Virus record (IMG/VR): IMGVR_UViG_3300005573_000085
Strand: one strand, 5' to 3'
Source of the DNA: a virus
DNA: 64,000 bases
Positions 35,073 through 44,848 of this stretch are shown one piece after another. The first letter of the stretch is position 1. Each line of letters starts with the position of its first letter. The notes under the pieces are model-generated. The model did not search any database. It saw nothing but the letters and a program-made list of their open reading frames with translations, and had not been told where the DNA came from. A program made the position numbers and the translations under genes.

Positions 35073-36210
35073 GGAGATTTGCGAGGGGTTTGAGTACAAC
35101 GAACTAGAGGAGAAAGGGCTTTTCGGACTTTCCGGAAAGCTAACAATTCAACCCGAGTATCAGCGTAATTACATTTACGCATCTGACGGAGGAAAAAAGG
35201 AGGCTGCCGTCATAGACTCCGTGCTTAAAGGCTATCCTCTCGGACTGTTTTACTTTAACAAAGTGTCCGATGATAAGCTTGAAGTGTTGGACGGACAGCA
35301 GCGTATTACGAGTCTTGGGCGATTTATTATTAAGGATAGGTTTGCCATCCTGGATCGGGATCGAAACCCGCAGTATTTTAGTGCTCTGCCAATGGATAAA
35401 AAGGCTAAAATTTTGGAGACAAAGTTGCTCGTCTACATATGCGAGGGCGAGGAAACCGAGATCAGAGAATGGTTCAAGACTATCAATATCGCGGGCGTTC
35501 CTTTGAACGAGCAGGAATTGCTTAATGCGGTGTATTCCGGACCTTTTGTCACCCTGGCCAAGGCCGAATTCAGCAATAGCCGTAGTCCCAATATTAAAAA
35601 ATGGAGCCTCTATCTAAAAGGAAGCGCCAACAGGCAGGACTTTTTGGAGCGCGCATTGGACTGGGTGAGCAAAGGAAACATCGGGGAATACATGAGTTCT
35701 CATCGACATAGTAACAATATCGATGAGCTGAAGACCTATTTTAATAGCGTAATTGACTGGGCGTCCAGCGTATTCAGGGATGAGAGGGATGAAATGCGCG
35801 GATTGCCCTGGGCGGATCTTTATGAAAGGTACCATGGCAAACCTTACGATCCCAAGGAAGTGTCGGATAAAGTAAGGGATCTTTACGAGGACACTTGTGT
35901 CAGGAATCGCAGAGGAATTTTCGAGTATATCCTGGGTGGCTGCAGCGATCCCCGGTTACTCGATATTAGATTTTTCGAGGACGCAACCAGGAAGAGCGCC
36001 TATAAGATGCAAACCGACAAGGCGCGAGTAGAAGGTGAATCGAATTGCCCGCTTTGCGCTATTGGAGACAACTCCAATAAGACCAGGATTTGGAAGTTTG
36101 AAGAAATGGAGGCTGACCATGTCTCGGCATGGAGCAAGGGCGGGACGAGCGACATCGGTAACTGTCAGATGCTATGCAGAACTCATAATCGCGCCAAGGG
36201 CAATCGATAA
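35041..36210 (+). CDS. GmrSD-like DUF262 protein with C-terminal HNH nuclease
   Basis: QPEYQRNY and LDGQQRITS (DUF262); CPLC...EADHV.AWS.GG.S...NCQMLC.THNR.K (HNH). Confidence 0.9.
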   Translation: MKTVLKTYTVKEICEGFEYNELEEKGLFGLSGKLTIQPEYQRNYIYASDGGKKEAAVIDSVLKGYPLGLFYFNKVSDDKLEVLDGQQRITSLGRFIIKDRFAILDRDRNPQYFSALPMDKKAKILETKLLVYICEGEETEIREWFKTINIAGVPLNEQELLNAVYSGPFVTLAKAEFSNSRSPNIKKWSLYLKGSANRQDFLERALDWVSKGNIGEYMSSHRHSNNIDELKTYFNSVIDWASSVFRDERDEMRGLPWADLYERYHGKPYDPKEVSDKVRDLYEDTCVRNRRGIFEYILGGCSDPRLLDIRFFEDATRKSAYKMQTDKARVEGESNCPLCAIGDNSNKTRIWKFEEMEADHVSAWSKGGTSDIGNCQMLCRTHNRAKGNR

Positions 36211-36242
36211 AAAGGCGTGAACTCTCATGGAAGGAGATTGTT

Positions 36243-38504
36243 ATGCCAGCCAAGTTCGGGATTACGGAGTTGGGCACCTATTCCCTTATTGACAGCTCCC
36301 AGGAGCTGGCCAGGATTTGCCGGGAGACCATAAGGGACAGGTCCCTGGTCTCCTTTGACATCGAAACAACGGGAACGAATCCCCTTATGGATTCCATCCT
36401 TATGATTTCATTTGCAAGGTGTCCAAGTCACGCCTATGTGTTCATCCCCGGTGAAATAAACATCGCACCGTTTCTCGATGTTCTCGTAACATGCGACATC
36501 ATGAACCATTACATAAAGTTTGACTACGAGTTCATGAAGGCGAAATACGGAATTGACACCAACATATATTGGGACACTCAGGTCACCCACTCGATAGCGA
36601 TATCGGGAATGGGAATGGACCTGGGAGGAAACGGGCTGGGCAATCTCATTAAAAGGTACTTCGGAATTACTTTGAACAAGGCGCTTAGAAAGAACTTCGG
36701 ACATGACGGGGAGTTCACGGACGAGGATATAAGATACTCGGCCATGGATTCCCTGGCGGTTCAAAGATTGTATCCGGTCACCCGCAAGATGCTCAAGGAT
36801 TCGGAGTGCGAGCCCGTCTGGGAGACCATAGAGAAGCCGTTAATCAAGGTTATTTCCAACATGGAGCTTGACGGCATTAATGTCGACTTCGATTCGATAC
36901 TCGCCCTGAGGGACAAGTATCAGGAGAAGGTGAACGAGCTGGAGAAGGAGATAGCGGACCTGACCCGGCACAAGACAACCGTGAAGTCCAGATGCGTTTG
37001 TTCGAGCCGGCCGCGAGGCACCGTGCTCTGCGATGTTTGCTCGGGAAAGAAGAAGGTCATATGCCCCGTCTGCAACGGCAAAAGGAAATCCTCCTGCGAG
37101 AATTGCGGGGGAACGGGCAGATTGATATGCCCTAAATGCAACGGGGTCGGCAGGGTGACCTGCGAAATATGCAAGGGCGAGGGGTACGTTGAAAACGAGG
37201 TTATGGTTTCGGTTAACCCCGGCTCCCCGGCTCAGGTCATAGAATACCTGCGCAACGAGGGAATAAAAATTCCAATGAAGGAGAGAAAGAGCGGAGAGAG
37301 CAGCGAAAGCGTGGATGAGAAGAATCTGGAAAAGATACATCACCCGCTGGCGAAGCTTCTTATCGAGTACAGGGGATACGCCAAGGCCCTGTCCGCCTAT
37401 CTCATACCCTGGAGCACTCCGTGCGATGTGGACCCCGAAGGCAGGTACAACATGACCACCAAATGCATTCATGCCGAAATCACTCAGTCGGATACATCCA
37501 CCGGGAGAACCACCATGAAGCAGCCTAATCTGCAGGCGGTGCCCCGCGAGCTGGAGTTCAGGCATCTGTTCAAGGCGCCCGAGGGGTACAAGATGATTAC
37601 GTGCGATTTTTCGCAGATAGAGCTGCGCGTGATTGCCGAGATATCGGGCGATCAGGCTATGAGGGAGATCTTCGTTAAAAGGGCGAAAATATATGATGAG
37701 CTGAATGCAAAGCTTGCCGAGATAGGCGAGCTTTATTACACCCCTGAAATAGGGGAGATGAGGCCCGATATCAAGGAGCTTCACACCCTTATGGAAAGAG
37801 ACAACGACATTCACAGCCAGACGGCCATTTTAATATTCAAGCTGGATCCCGCCAAAATAGACTGGGACAGCCATGAGTGGAAGAATAAAAGAGCGTCCAG
37901 CAAGTGCGTTTCGTTTGGAATTCCCTACGGGTCCGGGGCGAGGACGGTCGCCATGCGGTCGGACGGAGCCATGACCGAGAAGGAGGCGGAGAAGACCATA
38001 GAAAACTACTTCGCCACCTTCCCCAAGGTGAAACGGTACATAGAGGACTCGAAGAGAAATTACGTAAGGAATACGTGCGATGAGCTAGCCGAGGACATCG
38101 GGGTCGAAAAAGGGAGAGTGTGCTGGTCCGCATCCCCCGGTGGGAGACGAAGATTTTATCTTCTGCCCCCAAGAACCAATACATATGAGGGCGAGGTTGA
38201 GAGTAGAAAAATACACGCATCAATTCAAAGAAAGGCTATAAATCAGCCTATCCAAGGGTGCAGCGCTGATATAACCAAGCTGGCCATGGTGACGTTGGCC
38301 AACACGTTCTCCGAACCAAGATGGGAGAACAAGGTGAAGCTCAGGCTGATGGTTCATGACGAGCTTGTGACGAGCTGCCCCGCTGAGTGGGCGAAGGAGG
38401 TGGCCGCCATACAGATGAAGGTTATGACGGATACGTCAGCGCGATACCTTAAATCGGTGCCTTCCGAGGTGTCGTGCGTGATAAGCGACTGTTGGGAGAA
38501 ATGA
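36243..38504 (+). CDS. polA: family A DNA polymerase (3'-5' exonuclease + polymerase) with a zinc-finger insertion in the thumb
   Basis: Exo FDIETTG, KFD, Y.AMD; motif A DFSQIELRV, motif B K..SFG..YG, motif C VHDEL; 12-Cys insert at aa 251-310. Confidence 0.93.
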   Translation: MPAKFGITELGTYSLIDSSQELARICRETIRDRSLVSFDIETTGTNPLMDSILMISFARCPSHAYVFIPGEINIAPFLDVLVTCDIMNHYIKFDYEFMKAKYGIDTNIYWDTQVTHSIAISGMGMDLGGNGLGNLIKRYFGITLNKALRKNFGHDGEFTDEDIRYSAMDSLAVQRLYPVTRKMLKDSECEPVWETIEKPLIKVISNMELDGINVDFDSILALRDKYQEKVNELEKEIADLTRHKTTVKSRCVCSSRPRGTVLCDVCSGKKKVICPVCNGKRKSSCENCGGTGRLICPKCNGVGRVTCEICKGEGYVENEVMVSVNPGSPAQVIEYLRNEGIKIPMKERKSGESSESVDEKNLEKIHHPLAKLLIEYRGYAKALSAYLIPWSTPCDVDPEGRYNMTTKCIHAEITQSDTSTGRTTMKQPNLQAVPRELEFRHLFKAPEGYKMITCDFSQIELRVIAEISGDQAMREIFVKRAKIYDELNAKLAEIGELYYTPEIGEMRPDIKELHTLMERDNDIHSQTAILIFKLDPAKIDWDSHEWKNKRASSKCVSFGIPYGSGARTVAMRSDGAMTEKEAEKTIENYFATFPKVKRYIEDSKRNYVRNTCDELAEDIGVEKGRVCWSASPGGRRRFYLLPPRTNTYEGEVESRKIHASIQRKAINQPIQGCSADITKLAMVTLANTFSEPRWENKVKLRLMVHDELVTSCPAEWAKEVAAIQMKVMTDTSARYLKSVPSEVSCVISDCWEK

Positions 38505-38505
38505 A

Positions 38506-39042
38506 GTGAAAATAATACATGAAATGTCACTGGTCTCGTTCAATATGATTAAGTACGAGACTGAACGCGAAGCCAAGGGAAGGCTTCATAAGATAATTCT
38601 TGTGCATTGCAATTTGGAGGAGGAGCTCATATATTTCACGAGGGACGAGGACTTCCCTGCGGATGAAGTGATGAGCTTTCTGGCTGCGCTCACCGGAGGG
38701 GCGAGGGTGGGCAACACCATCGTTAATCTTACGCGAATACAGGCTATTTACATTGACACTCAGGACTACGAGAAGTGGGAGTTCAAGGTGAAGTTTCCGC
38801 ATTATGACAATCGTTTCACCCTGATCGATGCGAAAATGCCGATTGATAGGAAGCTGAAGGCGCTGTTTGAAATAATGAGGCTCATGCCCGAGGCGCTGCG
38901 CAACGAGAGCAAGGAGAGCGATGTCGTTATTGATATGCCGGACATAGTCAGAAGGGCCCGGGATATGGCGAATGAAAAGCGCAAGGCCGAGGAGACCGAT
39001 GACGCCTGCGACCCACGGGTGATTTTCAACGTGTCGGTGTAA
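38506..39042 (+). CDS. hypothetical protein
   Basis: 178 aa directly after polA. Confidence 0.6.
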   Translation: MKIIHEMSLVSFNMIKYETEREAKGRLHKIILVHCNLEEELIYFTRDEDFPADEVMSFLAALTGGARVGNTIVNLTRIQAIYIDTQDYEKWEFKVKFPHYDNRFTLIDAKMPIDRKLKALFEIMRLMPEALRNESKESDVVIDMPDIVRRARDMANEKRKAEETDDACDPRVIFNVSV

Positions 39043-39049
39043 TGATCGC

Positions 39050-39079
39050 TTGACATCGATTATGCGGCTGAGCTATACT
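39050..39079 (+). promoter_or_regulatory. sigma70/sigmaA promoter
   Basis: TTGACA-18 bp-TATACT. Confidence 0.75.
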
Positions 39080-39123
39080 ATATACGGAAATCTTAAATTA
39101 CTTAAGTATTCGGGGAGGAGCGA

Positions 39124-40011
39124 GTGATGATAAGCGGGCTGACAATAATACGAAACGGAGTGAGGGGAGCTTACCCCTTCATGGAATCCATCCTCACCGT
39201 TCTTCCCTACGTGGATGAATACGTGGTCATGTACGAATCAAATGACGGAACTTTTGAAGTCTTGGAAAAAATGGCGCGCGTTCATCCGAAGATAAGACTT
39301 TTCGAGGAGAAGTGGGATCTTTCCCAGGGCTCGAGCGTCATAGCCAGCGTGACCAACAAAGGCCTTGAAAAGTGCACCGGGGATTGGGTCATACATAACC
39401 AGGCCGATGAGGTCTACACATCGTGGGCTTTGACCATCGCTGTCGATAGAATAAAAAACGATGAGCCGTTTAACGGGTACCTTGTGAAAAGAGTGCAGAC
39501 CGGGCTTAACTTTCAGGACTATTACATGGGTGAGAGCGGAGCCTGGGTGGCGCGAATAGGAAGAAGGGGCAAAATCTCATCCATTGGGGACGGTCTCACC
39601 ATGCATATCGAAGGCGAAAAGTGGGACTTCCTTGAGGCCGACCCCCTCAACTTTCACCTGTATGATGTCACCAGAACGTTCATAGGGAATTTTCCGGGCA
39701 GGTCAGAATGCCAGGCGGACATATGGTGGATGAACGCCAATCGAAACTCCGGAGGGTGGTTTGGCAAAACCCCGGAGGAGTGGGCCACCAAAGTGGAGGA
39801 AATGAAGGAGGAGGGCTTCCCGGAGGAATGCCTTCTTGAAACATCCCCTTATGAGGATAGGCTTCCCGAGCTGATGAAATTCTGGATAGGGAAACCCTTG
39901 TATTATCCCCGACTCGAGTTGCTGTCCGAGTCCAACACAAGCTCCTTTTCCGATCCGGTTTTTTATACCGAGGATGAGATGAATTGGGAGCTCAACAATC
40001 CAAATCGCTGA
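39124..40011 (+). CDS. glycosyltransferase family 2-like
   Basis: ISGLTIIRNG...YPF.ESI...L.YVDE.VV, S.DGT, C.GDW....QADEV. Confidence 0.8.
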   Translation: MMISGLTIIRNGVRGAYPFMESILTVLPYVDEYVVMYESNDGTFEVLEKMARVHPKIRLFEEKWDLSQGSSVIASVTNKGLEKCTGDWVIHNQADEVYTSWALTIAVDRIKNDEPFNGYLVKRVQTGLNFQDYYMGESGAWVARIGRRGKISSIGDGLTMHIEGEKWDFLEADPLNFHLYDVTRTFIGNFPGRSECQADIWWMNANRNSGGWFGKTPEEWATKVEEMKEEGFPEECLLETSPYEDRLPELMKFWIGKPLYYPRLELLSESNTSSFSDPVFYTEDEMNWELNNPNR

Positions 40012-40046
40012 GGGCTTTGGCCGCCAGTTGAATATCGGAGACTATC

Positions 40047-40667
40047 ATGAAAAGACGATCGGTTATGATGGACATAGACGGGGTTCTCGCCAACGAATCC
40101 CGGCAACTACAAAAGTGGATCTTTCAGGCTTATGGCAAAGGTCCTGGCGATGTTCCCTATATGGGAACGGACTACAGGGTGTACAAGAACATAAGCGGGG
40201 TTTCAAAAGAGGATGTTGCGAAGCTTAGAGAGAACCCCGAGTTCTACAGGACAATGCCGGCTTTCGATGGCGTATCCAATTTCACCAAGCAGATATCCCT
40301 ATGGGCCGACATTCACATCGTCACAGCCCGGCATGAATACCCATCCATAGGTCAGGATACGATAACATGGTTGGAGAATAACGGGATCGAGTTTCTAACG
40401 CTATCCCTCATTCCCGCTAAAAAGAAGGCGAAGTACTGCAAGGACCATGGCATCTCCCTGGCCTTCGAGGACGACCCCAAGACCATAGACGCCATCTCGG
40501 CCATCCTTCCTGTGATAGGCATCAGATGGCCGTATAATGAGAACAAGGACGACAAGGTTATGTTTGCCGATAACTATTACGAAGCTTGCGAAATCGCGGA
40601 TAGTTTCCTGGCGAATGGAGCCCCATGGAAATATTCCCAGTCAGTTAAGAGAATAGCCGGCCAGTAA
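40047..40667 (+). CDS. 5'(3')-deoxyribonucleotidase (HAD, NT5C-like)
   Basis: MDIDGVLAN, HIVTAR, T..WL, FEDD. Confidence 0.85.
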   Translation: MKRRSVMMDIDGVLANESRQLQKWIFQAYGKGPGDVPYMGTDYRVYKNISGVSKEDVAKLRENPEFYRTMPAFDGVSNFTKQISLWADIHIVTARHEYPSIGQDTITWLENNGIEFLTLSLIPAKKKAKYCKDHGISLAFEDDPKTIDAISAILPVIGIRWPYNENKDDKVMFADNYYEACEIADSFLANGAPWKYSQSVKRIAGQ

Positions 40668-40687
40668 AAAAGCGTACGGAGTCATAC

Positions 40688-41404
40688 TTGCACTACGATA
40701 AGGAGCTGAAAAAGAGAATAGAATCCCTGGCGAATAGATACTACGAGGAAAAGGATCTGTTATCCGAAAGGGAAAGGCATAGACTCGAGGAGAAGGTGGT
40801 TGCAGCCACCGAGGAGTATGTGTTCTCCGTTCTGCAAAACAGACCTTATCATTGCATGGACGACATAAGGCAGGCCGCCAGGATTGGAATTGTCAAAGCC
40901 ATAAGAAAATACGATCCCGGCAAGGGGGCGTTTTGCACCTGGGTTTTATGGCAAACCAGGGATACCGTAAACAGGGATAAGAATTCTCATTGGATAAAAA
41001 TTCCAGCATATGTAAAGGATAACCTTGCGAAGCTTAGAAAGTATCTTGAAGATCACCCGAACGATGACGAACGAATACTTGAGTATTTCGGATGGTCTCC
41101 ATCCATGCTGGCGCGGGTAAGGGATGCCGATATTCTTTCCAATTCCAATCTGGAATATGCGAGTGAAGCCTCTGCGGATATGATGGATACGGATATGCTG
41201 GATACGAGTATCGTTCTACGGAAGGAGCTTGACAATCTGGCCGAGGAGGAGAGGCTTCTTGTAAACCTTGTCATCGTTGAAAACAGATCCTTATTTGAAG
41301 TTTCATCGATTACGGGACTGCAGTCCTCCATTATACAGGAGAAAGTGGATAACGCGTTGCTTAAATTAAGGGAGGCTCTGCAACCGGAGGACTTCCACTT
41401 TTAG
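40688..41404 (+). CDS. phage RNA polymerase sigma factor (sigma70 family)
   Basis: Region 2 DDI.QAA.IG..KAI.KYDP.KG.F.TW; region 4 L..L..EER.L...S..EVS. Confidence 0.85.
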   Translation: MHYDKELKKRIESLANRYYEEKDLLSERERHRLEEKVVAATEEYVFSVLQNRPYHCMDDIRQAARIGIVKAIRKYDPGKGAFCTWVLWQTRDTVNRDKNSHWIKIPAYVKDNLAKLRKYLEDHPNDDERILEYFGWSPSMLARVRDADILSNSNLEYASEASADMMDTDMLDTSIVLRKELDNLAEEERLLVNLVIVENRSLFEVSSITGLQSSIIQEKVDNALLKLREALQPEDFHF

Positions 41405-41419
41405 AAGACAGTTTTGCGA

Positions 41420-41449
41420 AGCCATCCCTGAGAAGGGGTGGCTATTTTT
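41420..41449 (+). terminator. intrinsic terminator
   Basis: AGCCATCCC-TGAGAA-GGGGTGGCT followed by ATTTTT. Confidence 0.75.
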
Positions 41450-41486
41450 ATTGGAGTTTGAAATCAGCTTATTGAAAGGGAATAAA

Positions 41487-43226
41487 ATGTCAGACTTTAT
41501 TTTGGATGTCGTTGAGGCGGAAAGAGAGAATATCTTGAACAATACCTCGAAGGAAAACACATTGACGGTCAAGGAATGTTGGAACGTTCTGTTCGATCAG
41601 GACACCCGGTCGAATATTCTTGAAAGGCTGGGCGTCATCGGATGGGATAGTTACGAGCGTGCGATAGAAGCGTTCCTTCTTTTGGGAGGAAGCATCCTGA
41701 TGGTGGGTCCGCACGGGGAAGGTAAAACCATGCTGGCCAAGAAACTGGGAAAAGCCCTGGGCGTTCCCATGGCCACGTATGACGCTTCGAAAAGTGTGTG
41801 GGAGGATATCATGGGATTTCCGGATCCTGCAAAGCTAATGAACCTTGAGCTTAGAAAGGATTATGTCGGCATTCCGAGAATATCCACACCAACGACTATT
41901 CATGGGAAAAGACTTATCCTGGTCGATGAAATCAACAGAGCCACGCCTGAGATGCAAAGCAAATGGCTTGAGGTTATTTTAAATCAGACGGTGATGGGCG
42001 AGGCGACCGGAGCCAAATGGATAATCTCGGCAATGAATCCGGGATACGCGGGAACCAATCCGCTAGATCTGGCGCTGGCCTCCAGATACATGTTCTTCCT
42101 GAACGCGCCAATGGGCGTTAGAATGGAGCCCGCAGCCATCACCCGGGTGTTGGAGCTTGAGAACCCGGAGGAGACTCCGGCCATTATGACTTGGAACAAG
42201 GCGAGAACATTTGATCTTGAGGTGTCGGATGAGTACGCGCCTTTATCCTTCGAGTCACAGGCCAGGTTTGACGAAGCCGCCCGGGTGCTGAAAAGCATTC
42301 TGGTGGTGGCTTCCGATGTCATGCCCGTCATAAGGGAGCATTGGAACGATTCGGTGAACGAGTATATCGTGGCGGTGGCGAAGAACCTTTTATCCGAGGC
42401 CAGCGTGCCAACGGATTTGAGACGATTGAGAATGATGAAGAACGCGCTGCTGGCGTTTCTAGCGCTGGAGGCGCCCGTGTCCGGCAACCGTTCACTACTG
42501 CTGAACTCCGAAAGGGTGAAGGAGCTTGCGCATGATCTGCTGCTGATATCCTACCCGGTGATAGCCGGGCTTGAGGGGCCAACCAGAGCGCAGCTTGACA
42601 CCGCCCATCAAGTCGCCTCAACATTGCTGGAGGATAGAAAGAGTCCCATGTTCATGATAGGCTACGAGGCGGACCCGATTAGAAAGCTGAGATTGCTGTT
42701 TGAGTTCAAGGAAAGGGATTATGTGTTTACGTATAAGATTCTTAACGATCTTCTGCGTCCGGACAAGGATAAGCCATCCGACTCCTCGCCAGCCTACGCG
42801 CCTTTCGCGCTGGCCATGGCACTCCTTTCAGCTTATCGCGAGGGGTTGGTTCTGGATACTCAGTGTCTTAGCATAATCCATGGGGCGATATCGGATTTCC
42901 TTCCCCCTCAGAAGGCTTATCTGATGAATGAGACGGCCCTGGAGAAGGAGTCCGATTTGGCGACCTGCACTGAATTTGTAAAGTGGGTGAATAGCGGAAA
43001 GTACAATGAGAGGCTGGCGAAGTATATCGCGTGCGTTTCCAATCTATCTCTGCACGCTCATGACAAGGCCTCGCTGAGAAGAATGATGGCATCCGTACGA
43101 TCGATGGCCCCAAGCATTCAGTCCTTCCTGGACGAAGCCTACAAGATGCTAATCGAGGTCATACCAATAGCGAACGCGGCAGCGAACAGAACCCTGTTCG
43201 AGCCGGAAAGCGAGGACGAGGAATGA
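41487..43226 (+). CDS. MoxR-like AAA+ ATPase
   Basis: GPHGEGKT Walker A, LVDEINRA Walker B, AMNP, LD.ALASR. Confidence 0.88.
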   Translation: MSDFILDVVEAERENILNNTSKENTLTVKECWNVLFDQDTRSNILERLGVIGWDSYERAIEAFLLLGGSILMVGPHGEGKTMLAKKLGKALGVPMATYDASKSVWEDIMGFPDPAKLMNLELRKDYVGIPRISTPTTIHGKRLILVDEINRATPEMQSKWLEVILNQTVMGEATGAKWIISAMNPGYAGTNPLDLALASRYMFFLNAPMGVRMEPAAITRVLELENPEETPAIMTWNKARTFDLEVSDEYAPLSFESQARFDEAARVLKSILVVASDVMPVIREHWNDSVNEYIVAVAKNLLSEASVPTDLRRLRMMKNALLAFLALEAPVSGNRSLLLNSERVKELAHDLLLISYPVIAGLEGPTRAQLDTAHQVASTLLEDRKSPMFMIGYEADPIRKLRLLFEFKERDYVFTYKILNDLLRPDKDKPSDSSPAYAPFALAMALLSAYREGLVLDTQCLSIIHGAISDFLPPQKAYLMNETALEKESDLATCTEFVKWVNSGKYNERLAKYIACVSNLSLHAHDKASLRRMMASVRSMAPSIQSFLDEAYKMLIEVIPIANAAANRTLFEPESEDEE

Positions 43227-44848
43227 GAAAAGCGAAAAAGTCGGATCAGCCAAAGCCGGAGGACAAGGGCCTCAAGCTCAAAAAGGCCCCGCCCGACTTT
43301 AACTTTGACGAACTTAGACTTGCCGCCCTGCATCTTATCTCCGAAAGGAATCTCCCGGTGATATCGGGCCTGCTCAGAGTGTCCGATTTCATAAGGGATG
43401 ATGACAAGGTGCCGACAGCGGCAATCGGAAGAATAAACGGAAAAGTCACCATTCTATACAATGGGGACTTTGTGTATACCTACGCCTCGACCCCTCTCGG
43501 ATTCTCGACCGTCCTTCTTCACGAGATAATGCATGAGTTGCTGGGGCATCTTAAGATTGAGAATTACCCGGGTGATCGGGAGTTGTGGAACCTGGTGCAG
43601 GATGTCATCATAAACCAGACTCTGTTTCATCTTAACAGGGATGCCGTTAGCGTAAGCGATTACGGCACCTCAAGGCCTACGATAAGCAGAACCAATCCGG
43701 ATCCCGGATTTCATGTTACAAAGCTGTTCGAGGATATGTATCCGCTGGAGGGTCTAACCGCGTTGCTTCGGCCGCCATCCATTCTGGCCAGATTAAGAAT
43801 TCATGAGAAAACGGGAAACACGGTCATAGACAAGATGAGAAGGGAGGTCTATCCAATTCTTCAGACTAGTGGGTCAGGCTATTCAAGAATCTACGGATCG
43901 CCCCGCACCTCGCAGGTGACCGAGTATGATCTTTACAACTTCATATCAAACAACTTTCAACGGAAGGATTACTGCAACATAACGCTTATCGGAGCCATGA
44001 AAGAGGATCAGGAGCCATCCGGGAGAAACGGCAGCGAATCCAAGGGTGACGATGGCGAGAATAAATCCAAGGGGTTTAAGCCCGGAGTTGGCGCTCAGTG
44101 GGATGACTCCACTCTGATAGAGGTTTGCGAGGAGATTGACAGGTCCTCGAGAAATGCCGGCCACAATCCCACCGAGCTGTCAAAACGAGTGCTCAAAAAG
44201 ATTCGAACAAAAAGCAGGGATCTGGAAATGGCGTTTGATCAGGCTCTCCTGAATGGCGCGAAATCCAAGATAGCCGCGCTGCTCGGAGGGCCTCCGAAGG
44301 TTTCGCGCTCGGTCATCCCAAGCTCGGGCATGTCCAGAAGCGATATTCTGAAACTGTCGGCTGGATATTGGCCATTGTTCTTTTCAAAGTCGATAGTCGG
44401 GGATAGGAGACAAAAAGCTCATGTGTATGTGGATGTGAGCGGATCGGTGGATAATTACGTTGAATGGATGTACGGCTGCATTCAGGAGATAGAGAAAAAC
44501 ACCGAGGTGGTAATACATCTGTTCTCCAACAAGGTGTTCGACATAACCAAGGAGGAGTTCGAAAAAAGAGTCGTGCGAACCACCGGGGGGACCGACTTCG
44601 ACTGCGTTGCGGTACACGCTTTGGAGGAGAACAAAAAGACCGGTGACGACAAGTTCGTAATCTTCACGGACGGATACGCAAGTATTAGCGATGAAAACCT
44701 TAGTGGAATACGGGATAAAAAGCTTCTGTTTATCGGAGCGCTCCTGGGGAAAACGAGGGATAGGAACGAGGAGGTCCTCAGAATGTTCTGTCAGAAGGTG
44801 TTTCTTATTCCCGAAATTCAAAACAATAGTGAAAGGAAAAACAAATGA
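43223..44848 (+). CDS. DUF2201-like metallopeptidase-VWA protein
   Basis: HEIMH (HExxH); C-terminal VDVSGS MIDAS, GGTDF, FTDG. Confidence 0.88.
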   Translation: MRKAKKSDQPKPEDKGLKLKKAPPDFNFDELRLAALHLISERNLPVISGLLRVSDFIRDDDKVPTAAIGRINGKVTILYNGDFVYTYASTPLGFSTVLLHEIMHELLGHLKIENYPGDRELWNLVQDVIINQTLFHLNRDAVSVSDYGTSRPTISRTNPDPGFHVTKLFEDMYPLEGLTALLRPPSILARLRIHEKTGNTVIDKMRREVYPILQTSGSGYSRIYGSPRTSQVTEYDLYNFISNNFQRKDYCNITLIGAMKEDQEPSGRNGSESKGDDGENKSKGFKPGVGAQWDDSTLIEVCEEIDRSSRNAGHNPTELSKRVLKKIRTKSRDLEMAFDQALLNGAKSKIAALLGGPPKVSRSVIPSSGMSRSDILKLSAGYWPLFFSKSIVGDRRQKAHVYVDVSGSVDNYVEWMYGCIQEIEKNTEVVIHLFSNKVFDITKEEFEKRVVRTTGGTDFDCVAVHALEENKKTGDDKFVIFTDGYASISDENLSGIRDKKLLFIGALLGKTRDRNEEVLRMFCQKVFLIPEIQNNSERKNK

